Shown here piece after piece: positions 30,160 through 38,899 of a stretch of 64,000 bases of DNA. Position numbers and translations under genes: made by a program. The stretch lies in contig JAICMO010000002.1 in assembly GCA_025929185.1 (NCBI GenBank), positions 172-64,171 of the forward strand, given 5' to 3'. This DNA comes from Pseudolabrys sp. GTDB lineage: Bacteria > Pseudomonadota > Alphaproteobacteria > Rhizobiales > Xanthobacteraceae. Below the pieces are notes generated by a model. The model was given only the letters and a program-made list of their open reading frames with translations, was not told the origin of the DNA and did no database searches. How positions within the stretch are numbered: position 1 is the first letter of the stretch; each line of letters begins with the position of its first letter.

Positions 30160-31917
30160 ATGGATAATTTTTCGCGCTATTCCGCTCGTCCGTTCGCCTT
30201 CATCGGCCGCTATCTGCGCGCGCGCCCGACTGCGCATGCAGTGATCGCCAGCGCAGTGGCCGTCGCGGTCGTCTGCTCGGTCGGCACGCAATATGGCATC
30301 AAGTTTCTGGTCGACAGCCTTTCGAAGGGCGTGCCGGGTGACGTTTGGCTTGCGTTCGGCCTGCTAGGTTCACTCATTGCCGCCGACAACCTGCTGTGGC
30401 GGCTGGCCAGTTGGATCGCCAGCACCACCTTTGTGAAGGTGACCGGCGATCTGCGTCGCGATCTTTTTCGCCACCTGACCGGCCACGCGCCCGGTTATTT
30501 CGCCGACCGTCTGCCGGGGACGCTCACCAGCCGCATTACGGCCACTTCCAACGCTGTCTTTGCAATGGAGAATATGTTCGTCTGGAACGTATTACCGCCT
30601 TGCTTGGCCACAATCTCCGCAATCGCTTTCGTCTGCGTCATCAGTGTGCCGATGGCCTGCATTCTAGCCCTTGTAGGCGGGGTCATGGTTATCGCCATGT
30701 TTCGCCTTGCCGCGGCAGGCAAACCTCTCCACCACGACTTCGCCGCGAAAGCTGCGGCGGTCGATGGTGAGATGGTCGACGTGGTCACCAACATGTCGCT
30801 GGTGAAGGCGTTTTGCGGGATACGCCGTGAGCTCGATCGTTTCGATGCAACCGTCGACCGTGAGATTGCATCGCGCCGGCGCAGCTTGCTCTATCTCGAA
30901 AAGCTGCGGTTAGCGCACGCCATCATAACCGCCACTTTCACGGTCGGCTTGCTGGCCTGGGCCGTCATGCTCTGGCAGCACGGGAGGGCAACTCCGGGCG
31001 ATGTCGTCCTTGCCTGCACGTTGGGGCTGTCAGTGTTGCACGCGACCCGCGACCTCGCTGTCGCGCTGGTGGACGTCACCCAGCACGTCGCGCGGCTTTC
31101 CGAAGCGCTCGCGACGCTTCTGGTGCAGCACGAGCTGAGCGATCATCCCGAGGCCGCGCCGCTCGTCAAGCACGGCGCACGCATTGAATTCGACAACATA
31201 TCGTTCGGCTATCCCGATGGGCAGTTGGTGTTCCGCAATTTCAGCTTGCGGCTCGAGTCGGATCAGCGGATTGGATTGGTGGGTCAATCCGGCGGCGGCA
31301 AATCGACTTTGTTTGCGTTGTTGCAGCGATTCTACGACGTACAGCGCGGGAGGATTCTGATCGACGGCCAAGACGTCGCGCGCGTCACGCAAGACAGCTT
31401 GCGCTCGGCGATCGCGCTGGTGCCCCAGGATATCTCTCTGTTCCAGCGTTCGATCATGGAAAACATCCGCTATGGCCGGCCGGACGCCACTGATCAGGAA
31501 GTGATGCAGGCGGCCGCCGCGGCACGATGTGAATTCATCGGCGATTTGCCGGGCGATTTCGAAATGATGGTCGGTGATCGGGGCGTTAAGCTCTCGGGCG
31601 GCCAGCGGCAACGCATCGCAATCGCCCGCGCATTCCTGAAAGATGCGCCGATTCTCTTGCTTGACGAGGCCACGGCCTCTCTCGATAGCGACTCCGAAGA
31701 GGCCGTCCGCGAGGCGCTTGGCCGCCTTATGCAAGGGCGTACGGTTATCGCGATCACGCACAGGTTGTCGACGCTGCGTGATTTCGACCGGATCATCGTT
31801 CTGAGAGCGGGCCGCGTGATTGAAGACGGGCCGCCGAATTTGTTAATGAAGCGGAAGGGGTTCTACTACGAGCTTGTCCGCCGCGAAATGAATCGTCTAA
31901 CCAGGCGTGCCGCGTAA
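30160..31917 (+). CDS. ABC exporter, fused transmembrane + ATPase (MsbA/type-1 exporter fold)
   Basis: Six-TM N-terminal domain, then Walker A GQSGGGKST, signature LSGGQRQRIAIARAF and Walker B ILLLDEATASLD. I prefer the ATG at 30160 over the TTG at 30148. Confidence 0.9.
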   Translation: MDNFSRYSARPFAFIGRYLRARPTAHAVIASAVAVAVVCSVGTQYGIKFLVDSLSKGVPGDVWLAFGLLGSLIAADNLLWRLASWIASTTFVKVTGDLRRDLFRHLTGHAPGYFADRLPGTLTSRITATSNAVFAMENMFVWNVLPPCLATISAIAFVCVISVPMACILALVGGVMVIAMFRLAAAGKPLHHDFAAKAAAVDGEMVDVVTNMSLVKAFCGIRRELDRFDATVDREIASRRRSLLYLEKLRLAHAIITATFTVGLLAWAVMLWQHGRATPGDVVLACTLGLSVLHATRDLAVALVDVTQHVARLSEALATLLVQHELSDHPEAAPLVKHGARIEFDNISFGYPDGQLVFRNFSLRLESDQRIGLVGQSGGGKSTLFALLQRFYDVQRGRILIDGQDVARVTQDSLRSAIALVPQDISLFQRSIMENIRYGRPDATDQEVMQAAAAARCEFIGDLPGDFEMMVGDRGVKLSGGQRQRIAIARAFLKDAPILLLDEATASLDSDSEEAVREALGRLMQGRTVIAITHRLSTLRDFDRIIVLRAGRVIEDGPPNLLMKRKGFYYELVRREMNRLTRRAA

Positions 31918-31957
31918 CGGCTTAGACCGATCTTCCGAGCTAAAGAAATATTTTCCG

Positions 31958-34150
31958 ATGCCCCTGAAAGCCGTCAAACGCCGAGTTGCTTTGCCGGTCG
32001 AGACGAGCGCGTTTTCAATCCAGATGACCCGGCCGGCCGCCCGTCCGCGTCGGTCACTCAAATATAACGATACTTTTGTTGTTCTAGACAGCCATGGCGA
32101 TATCGGCGCCTCGATCGGCGGTCCCGATGGGCTCTTTCATACCGATACGCGGTTTTTATCGCGGCTCGAATTGCTGATGAACGACACGCAACCGTTGTTG
32201 CTCGGATCGAACCTCAGCGACGACAATTCCCTGCTGAGTGTTGACCTGACCAATCCCGACATTTCCGTCAACGGCCACATCGTTCTGCCTAAGGATACAG
32301 TTCACATAATCCGATCCGTCTTCGTCTGGCAGAAGGCCGCCTATCAGCGCGTCGGCGTTCGCAACCACGGGACCAGCCCGGTAGTTCTGGAACTCACGTT
32401 GAAATTCGACAGCGACTTTGCCGATTTGTTCGAAGTGCGCGGCTCTGTGCGCAAGCGACACGGCGTCGCTGAAAGCAAGGTGCTCGGCCCGGACGAAGTT
32501 CTGCATTCATACCGCGGGCTCGACGGCGACATCCGTCAAACGCAGCTCCATTTTCATCCGCAGCCGACGAAGCTTGGGACGAATGAAGCGATTTACCGCC
32601 TCGAGGTGGAAGCGGGAACAACTTGTTCCCTCTTTGTCGCGGTCAGCTGCGACAAGCCGTCGAGCGCTCCCAAAATACCGTTTATCCGCGCGCTTTTATG
32701 CGCGCGCCGGGAAATGCGGGCTTCCAAGCTCGAAGGCAGTACGATCACCACGTCGAATGAAATTTTCAATGAAATTATTCGCCGCACGATGGCCGATCTC
32801 TACATGCTGAAGACGGAAACCCCGCAGGGTCCCTATCCTTACGCGGGCATCCCTTGGTACTCGACGACGTTCGGCCGCGACGGTCTTATCACCGCGTTGC
32901 AAATGCTATGGTTCGATCCGCGCATTGCGCGTGGCGTGTTGCGTCGGCTCGCCGCCTATCAGGCAACCAAGGACGATCCGGAGGCCGATGCGCAGCCGGG
33001 CAAAATCTTGCACGAGATGCGCGGCGGCGAGATGGCGGCCCTGCATGAAGTGCCGTTCGGCCTGTACTATGGAAGCGTTGATTCCACGCCGTTGTTCGTC
33101 CTTTTGGCCGGCTTGTACGTCGAGCGGACCGGCGACGAGAAAACGCTTTCCGAGTTGTGGCCGGCGATCGAAGCGGCACTGAAATGGATCGACGGCCCGG
33201 CCGACGCGGATCGCGACGGGTTTATCGAATATCAGCGCTTATCCGATCAGGGACTGACCAATCAGGGCTGGAAGGACTCTTTCGACGCGATCTTCCACGC
33301 CGACGGACGCCTGGTCGAAGGGCATATAGCTCTTGCCGAGGTGCAGGGATATGTGTTCGCGGCCAAACGATTGGCCGCCAGTTGCGCGCGCCGCCTCGGG
33401 CTGGCGGAACGGGCTTCGACACTCGATCGCGACGCGGAACTGCTCGCGCGACGCTTCGAAGACGCCTTCTGGTGCCCTGAAATCGACACCTACGCGCTCG
33501 CGCTCGACGGCGCAAAAGAGCCTTGCCGCGTCCGCACCTCGAATGCCGGCCAGCTTCTCTTCACCGGCATCGTGAGCGCGGATCGCGCCCGAAAAGTCGC
33601 GAGCACTTTGATGCAGCCTCCGTCCTTTTCAGGCTGGGGTATTCGCACCGTCACAAAAGGCGAGGCGCGATTTAATCCGATGTCTTACCACAATGGGTCG
33701 ATATGGCCGCACGATAACGCGTTGATTGCGTTGGGTTTCGCGCGCTATGGGCTCAAGCAACCGGTCATGAAGGTGTTCAACGGCTTGTTCGATGCGGCAA
33801 GCTATATGGATTTGCGACGGTTGCCCGAACTGTTTTGCGGCTTTCAGCGCGAGCGTCAGCGCGGCCCAACGCTCTACCCGGTCGCATGCGCCCCGCAAGC
33901 TTGGGCAAGCGTCGCTCCGTTCGCCTTGCTCGAAGCATCGCTCGGATTGGAATTCGATTCACAAAACATGGCGATCCGGTTGCACAATCCGCAGCTTCCG
34001 CCGTTCCTCGGCGATATAACGATTACCGATCTGCGGCTTGGCAGTTCGAGCGTGGACCTGAAGATCAGACGGCACCAGGCAGACGACGTGTCGCTGGAAA
34101 TCACCCGCTCGCGCGGCGCAATTCAAATTTCAGTGGTGCCGTCGACCTAA
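31958..34150 (+). CDS. Amylo-alpha-1,6-glucosidase / glycogen-debranching-enzyme family protein (N-terminal domain + GDE_C (alpha/alpha)6 barrel)
   Basis: The N-terminal block LKYNDTFVVLDSHGDIG..GLFHTDTRFLSRLEL is typical of bacterial/archaeal GDE-like proteins. The C-terminal barrel motifs are GIPWYSTTFGRDGLITA, KILHEMRGGE, GWKDSFD and YHNGSIWPHDN. The start is uncertain (31907, 31958 or 32024). Confidence 0.85.
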   Translation: MPLKAVKRRVALPVETSAFSIQMTRPAARPRRSLKYNDTFVVLDSHGDIGASIGGPDGLFHTDTRFLSRLELLMNDTQPLLLGSNLSDDNSLLSVDLTNPDISVNGHIVLPKDTVHIIRSVFVWQKAAYQRVGVRNHGTSPVVLELTLKFDSDFADLFEVRGSVRKRHGVAESKVLGPDEVLHSYRGLDGDIRQTQLHFHPQPTKLGTNEAIYRLEVEAGTTCSLFVAVSCDKPSSAPKIPFIRALLCARREMRASKLEGSTITTSNEIFNEIIRRTMADLYMLKTETPQGPYPYAGIPWYSTTFGRDGLITALQMLWFDPRIARGVLRRLAAYQATKDDPEADAQPGKILHEMRGGEMAALHEVPFGLYYGSVDSTPLFVLLAGLYVERTGDEKTLSELWPAIEAALKWIDGPADADRDGFIEYQRLSDQGLTNQGWKDSFDAIFHADGRLVEGHIALAEVQGYVFAAKRLAASCARRLGLAERASTLDRDAELLARRFEDAFWCPEIDTYALALDGAKEPCRVRTSNAGQLLFTGIVSADRARKVASTLMQPPSFSGWGIRTVTKGEARFNPMSYHNGSIWPHDNALIALGFARYGLKQPVMKVFNGLFDAASYMDLRRLPELFCGFQRERQRGPTLYPVACAPQAWASVAPFALLEASLGLEFDSQNMAIRLHNPQLPPFLGDITITDLRLGSSSVDLKIRRHQADDVSLEITRSRGAIQISVVPST

Positions 34151-34191
34151 TTCCGCCTCCTCGCTGAGAAGAATGCGGATCTGCGCGACGC

Positions 34192-34217
34192 GGAACCTTT
34201 GTTCCGACAAACGGGTT
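34192..34217 (+). promoter_or_regulatory. Candidate EcfG-type (general stress response sigma factor) promoter: GGAAC-N17-GGTT
   Basis: GGAAC at 34192-34196, a 17-nt spacer, then GGTT at 34214-34217, 32 nt before the PRC-barrel ATG. This compares with the alphaproteobacterial EcfG consensus GGAAC-N16-17-(C/G)GTT. Caveat: the same bases also form an inverted repeat GGAACC-N15-GGTTCC. Confidence 0.4.
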
Positions 34218-34248
34218 CCCATCCGCCTTGTCCATCATGGAGGGCTTT

Positions 34249-34788
34249 ATGCGCGTGAAGCACTTCGCGATTACTCTCGGGTTTGGCTTGGTCGTTCTGC
34301 CTGCGGCCACCATCCCGCGGTCCTCGTCAGCCGCAGACACGCCGCCATCCCAAACACAGCCAACGCCTCCTGTCCCCGCGGAGCCGTCTAAGCAAACGAA
34401 GCCCAAAATCCCCCCGATGGCTCCGTCGATGACCGTGATGGACGCAGCCGGAGCACGCGGGATTCTCGGCCGGGCGGTGAAAGGGGCCGATGGCAAAGAC
34501 ATGGGGCGGATCGTCGATGTCATTGTCGATACCAGCGGCAAAGTCCGCGCCGCCGTTATCGACTTCGGGGGGTTTTTGGGCGTAGGAAGCCGCAAGATCG
34601 CGGTCGACTGGAATGCTTTACATTTCGGCCGCGCGGTGAAGCGCGGCGACGACGTCGGCCTCGAGCTGACGCGCGACCAGATCAAAGCGGCTCCCGAATA
34701 CAAGGAGGGCAAGCCCCTGGTTGTGATCGGCGCCTCTGGCGACCTCAAATCTCTCGGGTTTTCTGCGCCGGCCATTCAGGGGAAATGA
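34249..34788 (+). CDS. PRC-barrel domain-containing protein (secreted/periplasmic)
   Basis: Signal peptide MRVKHFAITLGFGLVVLPAA after GGAGGG, then a Pro/Thr-rich linker. The PRC-barrel core is ILGRAVKGADGKDMGRIVDVIVDTSGKVRAAVIDFGGFLGVGSRKIAVDW. The stop overlaps the MFS start (ATGA at 34785-34788). Confidence 0.8.
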   Translation: MRVKHFAITLGFGLVVLPAATIPRSSSAADTPPSQTQPTPPVPAEPSKQTKPKIPPMAPSMTVMDAAGARGILGRAVKGADGKDMGRIVDVIVDTSGKVRAAVIDFGGFLGVGSRKIAVDWNALHFGRAVKRGDDVGLELTRDQIKAAPEYKEGKPLVVIGASGDLKSLGFSAPAIQGK

Positions 34789-36107
34789 TCTATTTGCACG
34801 AAGCTCAACGCACGCAGCGGAAGCAATCGGCCCGGCCGATTGATGAGGATAGGAGATCTGCGGACCGTCCAGCGGCTGCTGCACAGGCCGCCGCTCCGTC
34901 GCGCGCCAGCGCGCGGGGCCTCGATTGGTTCGTCTTTTTTCTCGCCGACGTGCAAACCGGTTTCGGTCCGTTTGTCGCGGTCTATCTGACGACACAGAAA
35001 TGGACACAGGTCGAAATCGGCCTCGTGCTGTCGGTAAGCGGCCTCGTTGCACTGCTGGGCCAAATGCCGGGTGGCGCCATCGTCGATTGGGCGCGCTCGG
35101 AACGGCTCGTCGCTGCGGTTGCGGTTGCGTTAATCGGCGCGAGCGCGGTTGCCTTTGCCGCCTGGCCGATTTTCCCGGCAATCATGTTGGCCGCAATTCT
35201 GCATGCCGGCAGCAGTTGCGTTTTGGGCCCGGCGATTGCCGCGATAAGTCTCGGCCTAGTGGGCCGGTCCGGCATCGGTCACCGGCTTGGCCGCAACGCC
35301 AGATTTGCTTCGCTCGGCAGCGGGATTGCCGCCGCCGCGATGGGAACCTTCGGTTACTTGTGGTCGAGCCGCGCCGTCTTCTTGGTCACTGTCGTCCTTG
35401 CGCTGCCAACTTTGCTGGCGCTGTGGCACATCCGCGACGCCGAGATCGATCCTGAATACGCACACGGCGCCTCGCACGACGACGCGGCAAGATCGCGGCC
35501 CTCCAGCATCGCAACGCTGGTCGGCAACCGCCCTCTTCTGCTGTTTGCATCGGTGCTGCTGCTCTTTCACCTTGCGAATGCCGCGATGCTTCCGTTGGTT
35601 GGAAGCTTCATGACCGCCCGGTCCAGCAGTTGGGCCCCTGCGCTCATCGCGGCATGCATGGTCATTCCGCAAATCGTCGTCGCCGCTATTTCACCCTGGG
35701 TCGGAACGCAATCGCACAATTGGGGCCGGCGCCCGCTGCTGCTTATCGGCATCGCCGCCCTTGTTATGCGCGGACTTCTGTTTGCGTTCGTGCACGATCC
35801 ACGGCTGCTTGTCGCCGTCCAGGTGCTCGATGGCATTGCCGCGGCGATTTTCAGCGTTCTGGTGCCCTTGATCGTGGCCGACGTAACTTTCGGAACCGGG
35901 CACTTCAATCTGGCTCAGGGCATTGTGGGGACCGCTACCGGAATAGGCGCGTCCGTCAGCACGCTGCTTGCCGGATATCTTACCGATCGCTACGGCAGCG
36001 GGACGGCTTTTGCCGCGCTCGCCTGCGTTGCCGTCGGAGCGCTATCGCTCGTGTGGATCGCAATGCCGGAGACGCGCCCCCCCGAAGCGGAGGTTCACGA
36101 AGTCTGA
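34785..36107 (+). CDS. MFS transporter
   Basis: About 12 TM segments after a charged N-terminal tail, with an MFS loop motif-like GQMPGGAIVDWARSER. It is translationally coupled to the PRC-barrel gene. Confidence 0.85.
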   Translation: MIYLHEAQRTQRKQSARPIDEDRRSADRPAAAAQAAAPSRASARGLDWFVFFLADVQTGFGPFVAVYLTTQKWTQVEIGLVLSVSGLVALLGQMPGGAIVDWARSERLVAAVAVALIGASAVAFAAWPIFPAIMLAAILHAGSSCVLGPAIAAISLGLVGRSGIGHRLGRNARFASLGSGIAAAAMGTFGYLWSSRAVFLVTVVLALPTLLALWHIRDAEIDPEYAHGASHDDAARSRPSSIATLVGNRPLLLFASVLLLFHLANAAMLPLVGSFMTARSSSWAPALIAACMVIPQIVVAAISPWVGTQSHNWGRRPLLLIGIAALVMRGLLFAFVHDPRLLVAVQVLDGIAAAIFSVLVPLIVADVTFGTGHFNLAQGIVGTATGIGASVSTLLAGYLTDRYGSGTAFAALACVAVGALSLVWIAMPETRPPEAEVHEV

Positions 36108-36138
36108 TCCGAAGCTATGGCTGGCGATTCGGCGGGAT

Positions 36139-36164
36139 GGAACCTCCACCGCAATCGTTTTGTT
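36139..36164 (+). promoter_or_regulatory. Weaker EcfG-like motif GGAAC-N17-TGTT
   Basis: GGAAC at 36139-36143 and TGTT at 36161-36164, 25 nt before the ATG at 36189. The -10 element deviates from the CGTT consensus. Confidence 0.25.
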
Positions 36165-36188
36165 AGCGTTTCAAACGGGAGCGCTGAC

Positions 36189-36656
36189 ATGTCGAATAGA
36201 ATTCTGATCGTCGCCGCGCTGGCCGCAATATGTCTCGCCGGATCCCAAACCGTGCTGGCGCAGGATCGGCTGAACGGTGAACGATCGAATCAACGGCAAG
36301 GTGAAAGCTCCGAGGTTCAGCCGAACGCCCATACGGGTCTCCCGGCTACCGGCAATTCGCGAATGGAGGAAATCCGGCGCACGGCCAATGGCAAGCTGAC
36401 TCTCTCTCTGGAGCAGCGCTCGCGCATCCAGCAGGCGGTCGCCCACTCAAAGCTCAAACGCCAACAGAACGTCGCATTCACCATTTCCGTCGGCGCGGCG
36501 GTCCCGCACCAAGCCGATGCGCGCGACTTGCCGCCGGCGCTTGCGAAAGCCGTGCCGAGCAAGCATCCACTGCAATATGTGCTAGTACGCGATCAGCTCG
36601 TTCTGCTCGACAAGCGTACGCGCCGCATCGTCGCGATTATTCCGGGAGTGGCGTAG
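36189..36656 (+). CDS. Secreted DUF1236-like protein
   Basis: Signal peptide MSNRILIVAALAAICLAGSQTVLA. The C-terminal half (FTISVGAAVPHQADARDLPPALAKAVP...YVLVRDQLVLLDKRTRRIVAIIPG) matches my recollection of the DUF1236 pattern. Confidence 0.6.
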   Translation: MSNRILIVAALAAICLAGSQTVLAQDRLNGERSNQRQGESSEVQPNAHTGLPATGNSRMEEIRRTANGKLTLSLEQRSRIQQAVAHSKLKRQQNVAFTISVGAAVPHQADARDLPPALAKAVPSKHPLQYVLVRDQLVLLDKRTRRIVAIIPGVA

Positions 36657-36690
36657 CAGTGAACGCACGCCGGACGAGCGAGGTATCTAC

Positions 36691-37722
36691 TCACCCACAC
36701 GACCAGGCGAGTTGATCGCCGCCAAGCAGCGGAACGATATCGCCGAGCTTTCCAATTTCGACCGTCTCGCAAACGTATTTCGGACTTTTTCGAAGCGTTA
36801 TCCGTTCTTCATTCGGCGGCAATCCGTAAAATCGAGGACCATTGATCGAAGCGAAGGTCTCGAACTTGTCGAGAGCTCCCTCTTCCTCGAAGACTTTCAG
36901 GTACGCCGGCAGGGCCGACGGCGCGCCGAACACGCCGGCGCAACCACAAGGCGCCTCTTTGAGGTGGCGGAGGTGCGGGGCGGAGTCGGTCCCCAAAAAG
37001 AAGCCTGGCTCGCCACTCGTCGCCGCTTGCCGCAGCGCCTGCCGATGCTCCTCGCGCTTGAGAACGGGAAGACAATAAAGGTGCGGCCTTATCCCGCCGT
37101 TGAAAAGCGCATTCCGGTTGAACAAGAGGTGTTGCGGCGTGATCGTCGCGCCAAGCCGAGGCCGGTGTGCGCGAACCGCTGCCACCCCATCCTTTGTCGT
37201 GACGTGCTCAAGGACGATTTTCAGTTTCGGAATGCGATCCAAAAGCGGTACGAGGATCGCATCGATGAACGCCTTCTCCCGGTCGAAAACATCAATTTCC
37301 GGCTTTGGCAGTTCCCCGTGCACCAGCAGGGGCATGCCACTCTCGGCCATCGCTTCCAGAACGGGCTTAATTCTCCAAACGTCCGTCACACCTGCGGCGG
37401 AATTGGTGGTGGCGTGTGCCGGATAAAGCTTCGCCGCCGTGAAAATCCCCGCCTTATGGCCGCCAATCAGATCGGAAACATCCGTTGCGTCCGTGAGATA
37501 GCACGTCATCAGGGGCTGAAAGGCGTGGCCCGCCACGGCGGCCTCAATCCGCTTGCGATAATCCGCTGCCATCGCGCTGGTGGTCACCGGCGGCACGAGA
37601 TTGGGCATCACAATCGCGCGGCCGAACTGAGCCGCCGTGAACGGCGCAACCGACTTTAGGATTTCTCCATCCCGGAAGTGAACGTGCCAGTCGTCGGGCC
37701 GGCGGATCGTAAGAACTGTCAT
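36691..37722 (-). CDS. pyrC: Dihydroorotase (class II, homodimeric type)
   Basis: Start at ATG 37722 ([19 protein letters not shown]), matching the E. coli-type PyrC opening RPDDWHxHxRDG. Later blocks are [15 protein letters not shown] and FLGTDSAPH. The upstream 58 track codons are discarded. Confidence 0.9.
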   Translation of the reverse strand: MTVLTIRRPDDWHVHFRDGEILKSVAPFTAAQFGRAIVMPNLVPPVTTSAMAADYRKRIEAAVAGHAFQPLMTCYLTDATDVSDLIGGHKAGIFTAAKLYPAHATTNSAAGVTDVWRIKPVLEAMAESGMPLLVHGELPKPEIDVFDREKAFIDAILVPLLDRIPKLKIVLEHVTTKDGVAAVRAHRPRLGATITPQHLLFNRNALFNGGIRPHLYCLPVLKREEHRQALRQAATSGEPGFFLGTDSAPHLRHLKEAPCGCAGVFGAPSALPAYLKVFEEEGALDKFETFASINGPRFYGLPPNEERITLRKSPKYVCETVEIGKLGDIVPLLGGDQLAWSCG

Positions 37723-38048
37723 TCGCGAATTCCCGACCCCAAAATCTGGCAGCCTGACGCCGCCGAACCTTCGCCATAAAGCATTTTCTCCCCGGTACTG
37801 GCAAAGGGCGGCATTTCTGCCGAGCGTGATCACGGCGGAGCGCACATGCACGCGCACGCATGCGCAGGCATGCAACCGCATGGCTCTGCTGCGCACCGCA
37901 GCACAACCATCGTTCGCTCTTGGAATTTGTCTAAAGTATCACTACGTGCGCGGCATGTCGCCCGGACAATCCGGAGCCGGCTTCCCCATCTGACTGGGTT
38001 TTTGCAAGCCGGCCGTCGCCGACGCGCGACCGCTTGTGGTGAAAAGAA

Positions 38049-38249
38049 ATGTCGCATCATCGCCTCCGTGTTTTTGTCGATACCCCAAAAGGCCGAGTAA
38101 ACGCGGGCTTCACCGTGTCCGACTCCGCCGATGCTGCGGACGTCTCAATGAGGCTGCGTGAACGCGGGTGGGCGCCCTACCGGCTACGCCTTGATTCCGA
38201 CCAGCGCGCATGGATCGCGGTGGTGATCGATTGGAAGCACGCGGCCTAA
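38049..38249 (+). CDS. Hypothetical small protein (66 aa)
   Basis: The ORF has moderately GC3-biased codons and a weak RBS. I recognise no family. Confidence 0.3.
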   Translation: MSHHRLRVFVDTPKGRVNAGFTVSDSADAADVSMRLRERGWAPYRLRLDSDQRAWIAVVIDWKHAA

Positions 38250-38340
38250 CTCTTTCCTCGACTTTTGCTGCCTCAGGCGTTCACGGCTTTTTGATAAGGC
38301 CGGCGGCAATCCCCAGCCGCAGACGGCGACTTCTCCCTAA

Positions 38341-38361
38341 TGAACAGCCGGTTGCTGTTCA
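38341..38361. promoter_or_regulatory. Perfect 8-5-8 inverted repeat TGAACAGC-CGGTT-GCTGTTCA directly 5' of the RBS
   Basis: Read from the sequence. It ends 5 nt before the GAGGAG RBS (38367-38372) of the MCDYSL ORF. It could be an operator or a 5'-UTR hairpin. Confidence 0.35.
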
Positions 38362-38379
38362 CAGCAGAGGAGTATCGAG

Positions 38380-38808
38380 ATGTGCGATTATAGCCTCCAT
38401 ACAGTCGCATCCAGACCCGCCCGCGTCGGCGACGAATTGGTTTCGACTCGATTCCGGAACTCCTTGACCCGCGGTTTTGCTACTTCCGCCGAGCCAGACG
38501 TCGCTGTCTGCTTGATGCCTGGGACGGAAGTTGCGTTTGAGAGCGATGCCGAGAGTGAGCCGGCATTCCCTCTCTTCCGCAATCGTAAGCTCGGGCAAAG
38601 AGTGGCACGATTCCGGCAGGTAGACCTGGATCGGCCCACCGTCCACCACGATGCGCTCGAGTTCCCCGACGGTAACATCGTGCTCGTCACAGACCTGGTG
38701 GAAGGACAACGTGTGACAGTCCTGCAACTGCCGGTCTCGGACCAGCATGCCCCGTCCGAGCACGAGCATGAGCACATCAGCGAGCAAACCGCGCCGCTGA
38801 CCGTTTGA
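38380..38808 (+). CDS. Conserved hypothetical protein (MCDYSL... N-terminus), function unknown
   Basis: Strong RBS GAGGAG at 7-nt spacing, globular composition, and an acidic His-rich tail. From memory, similar MCDYSL-initiated proteins occur in Bradyrhizobium/Rhodopseudomonas-type genomes, but this is unverified. Confidence 0.55.
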   Translation: MCDYSLHTVASRPARVGDELVSTRFRNSLTRGFATSAEPDVAVCLMPGTEVAFESDAESEPAFPLFRNRKLGQRVARFRQVDLDRPTVHHDALEFPDGNIVLVTDLVEGQRVTVLQLPVSDQHAPSEHEHEHISEQTAPLTV

Positions 38809-38899
38809 GTGAAGCGCTTCGCGCTGCCCACTCGAAAAATAGATAATTGCGTGCCCTGCCCATCTCGGCGCAGGGCCCGCGTCTCCGAGGGCTTACGCC

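Noticed and set aside
30160-31917. Naming the ABC exporter NdvA/ChvA (cyclic beta-1,2-glucan exporter) because of its similar length
   Set aside because: Length and generic type-1 exporter motifs are not specific. No cyclic glucan synthase is nearby, and I cannot align it to NdvA.
36712-37659. 315-aa plus-strand ORF
   Set aside because: It is antisense to pyrC, whose translation carries canonical dihydroorotase motifs. The ORF product is Arg-rich low complexity.
37840-37890. CATG/GCATGC-rich low-complexity patch (GCGCACATGCACGCGCACGCATGCGCAGGCATGCAACCGCATGG) upstream of pyrC
   Set aside because: It contains only one short true palindrome (CGCATGCG), has no regular repeat unit, and matches nothing I know. 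It is probably compositional chance.
38341-38361. Possibility that TGAACAGC-N5-GCTGTTCA is a LexA/SOS box
   Set aside because: Alphaproteobacterial SOS boxes are direct repeats GTTC-N7-GTTC, and the Gram-positive type is GAAC-N4-GTTC. Here the spacing is GAAC-N11-GTTC in inverted orientation, so it fits neither.
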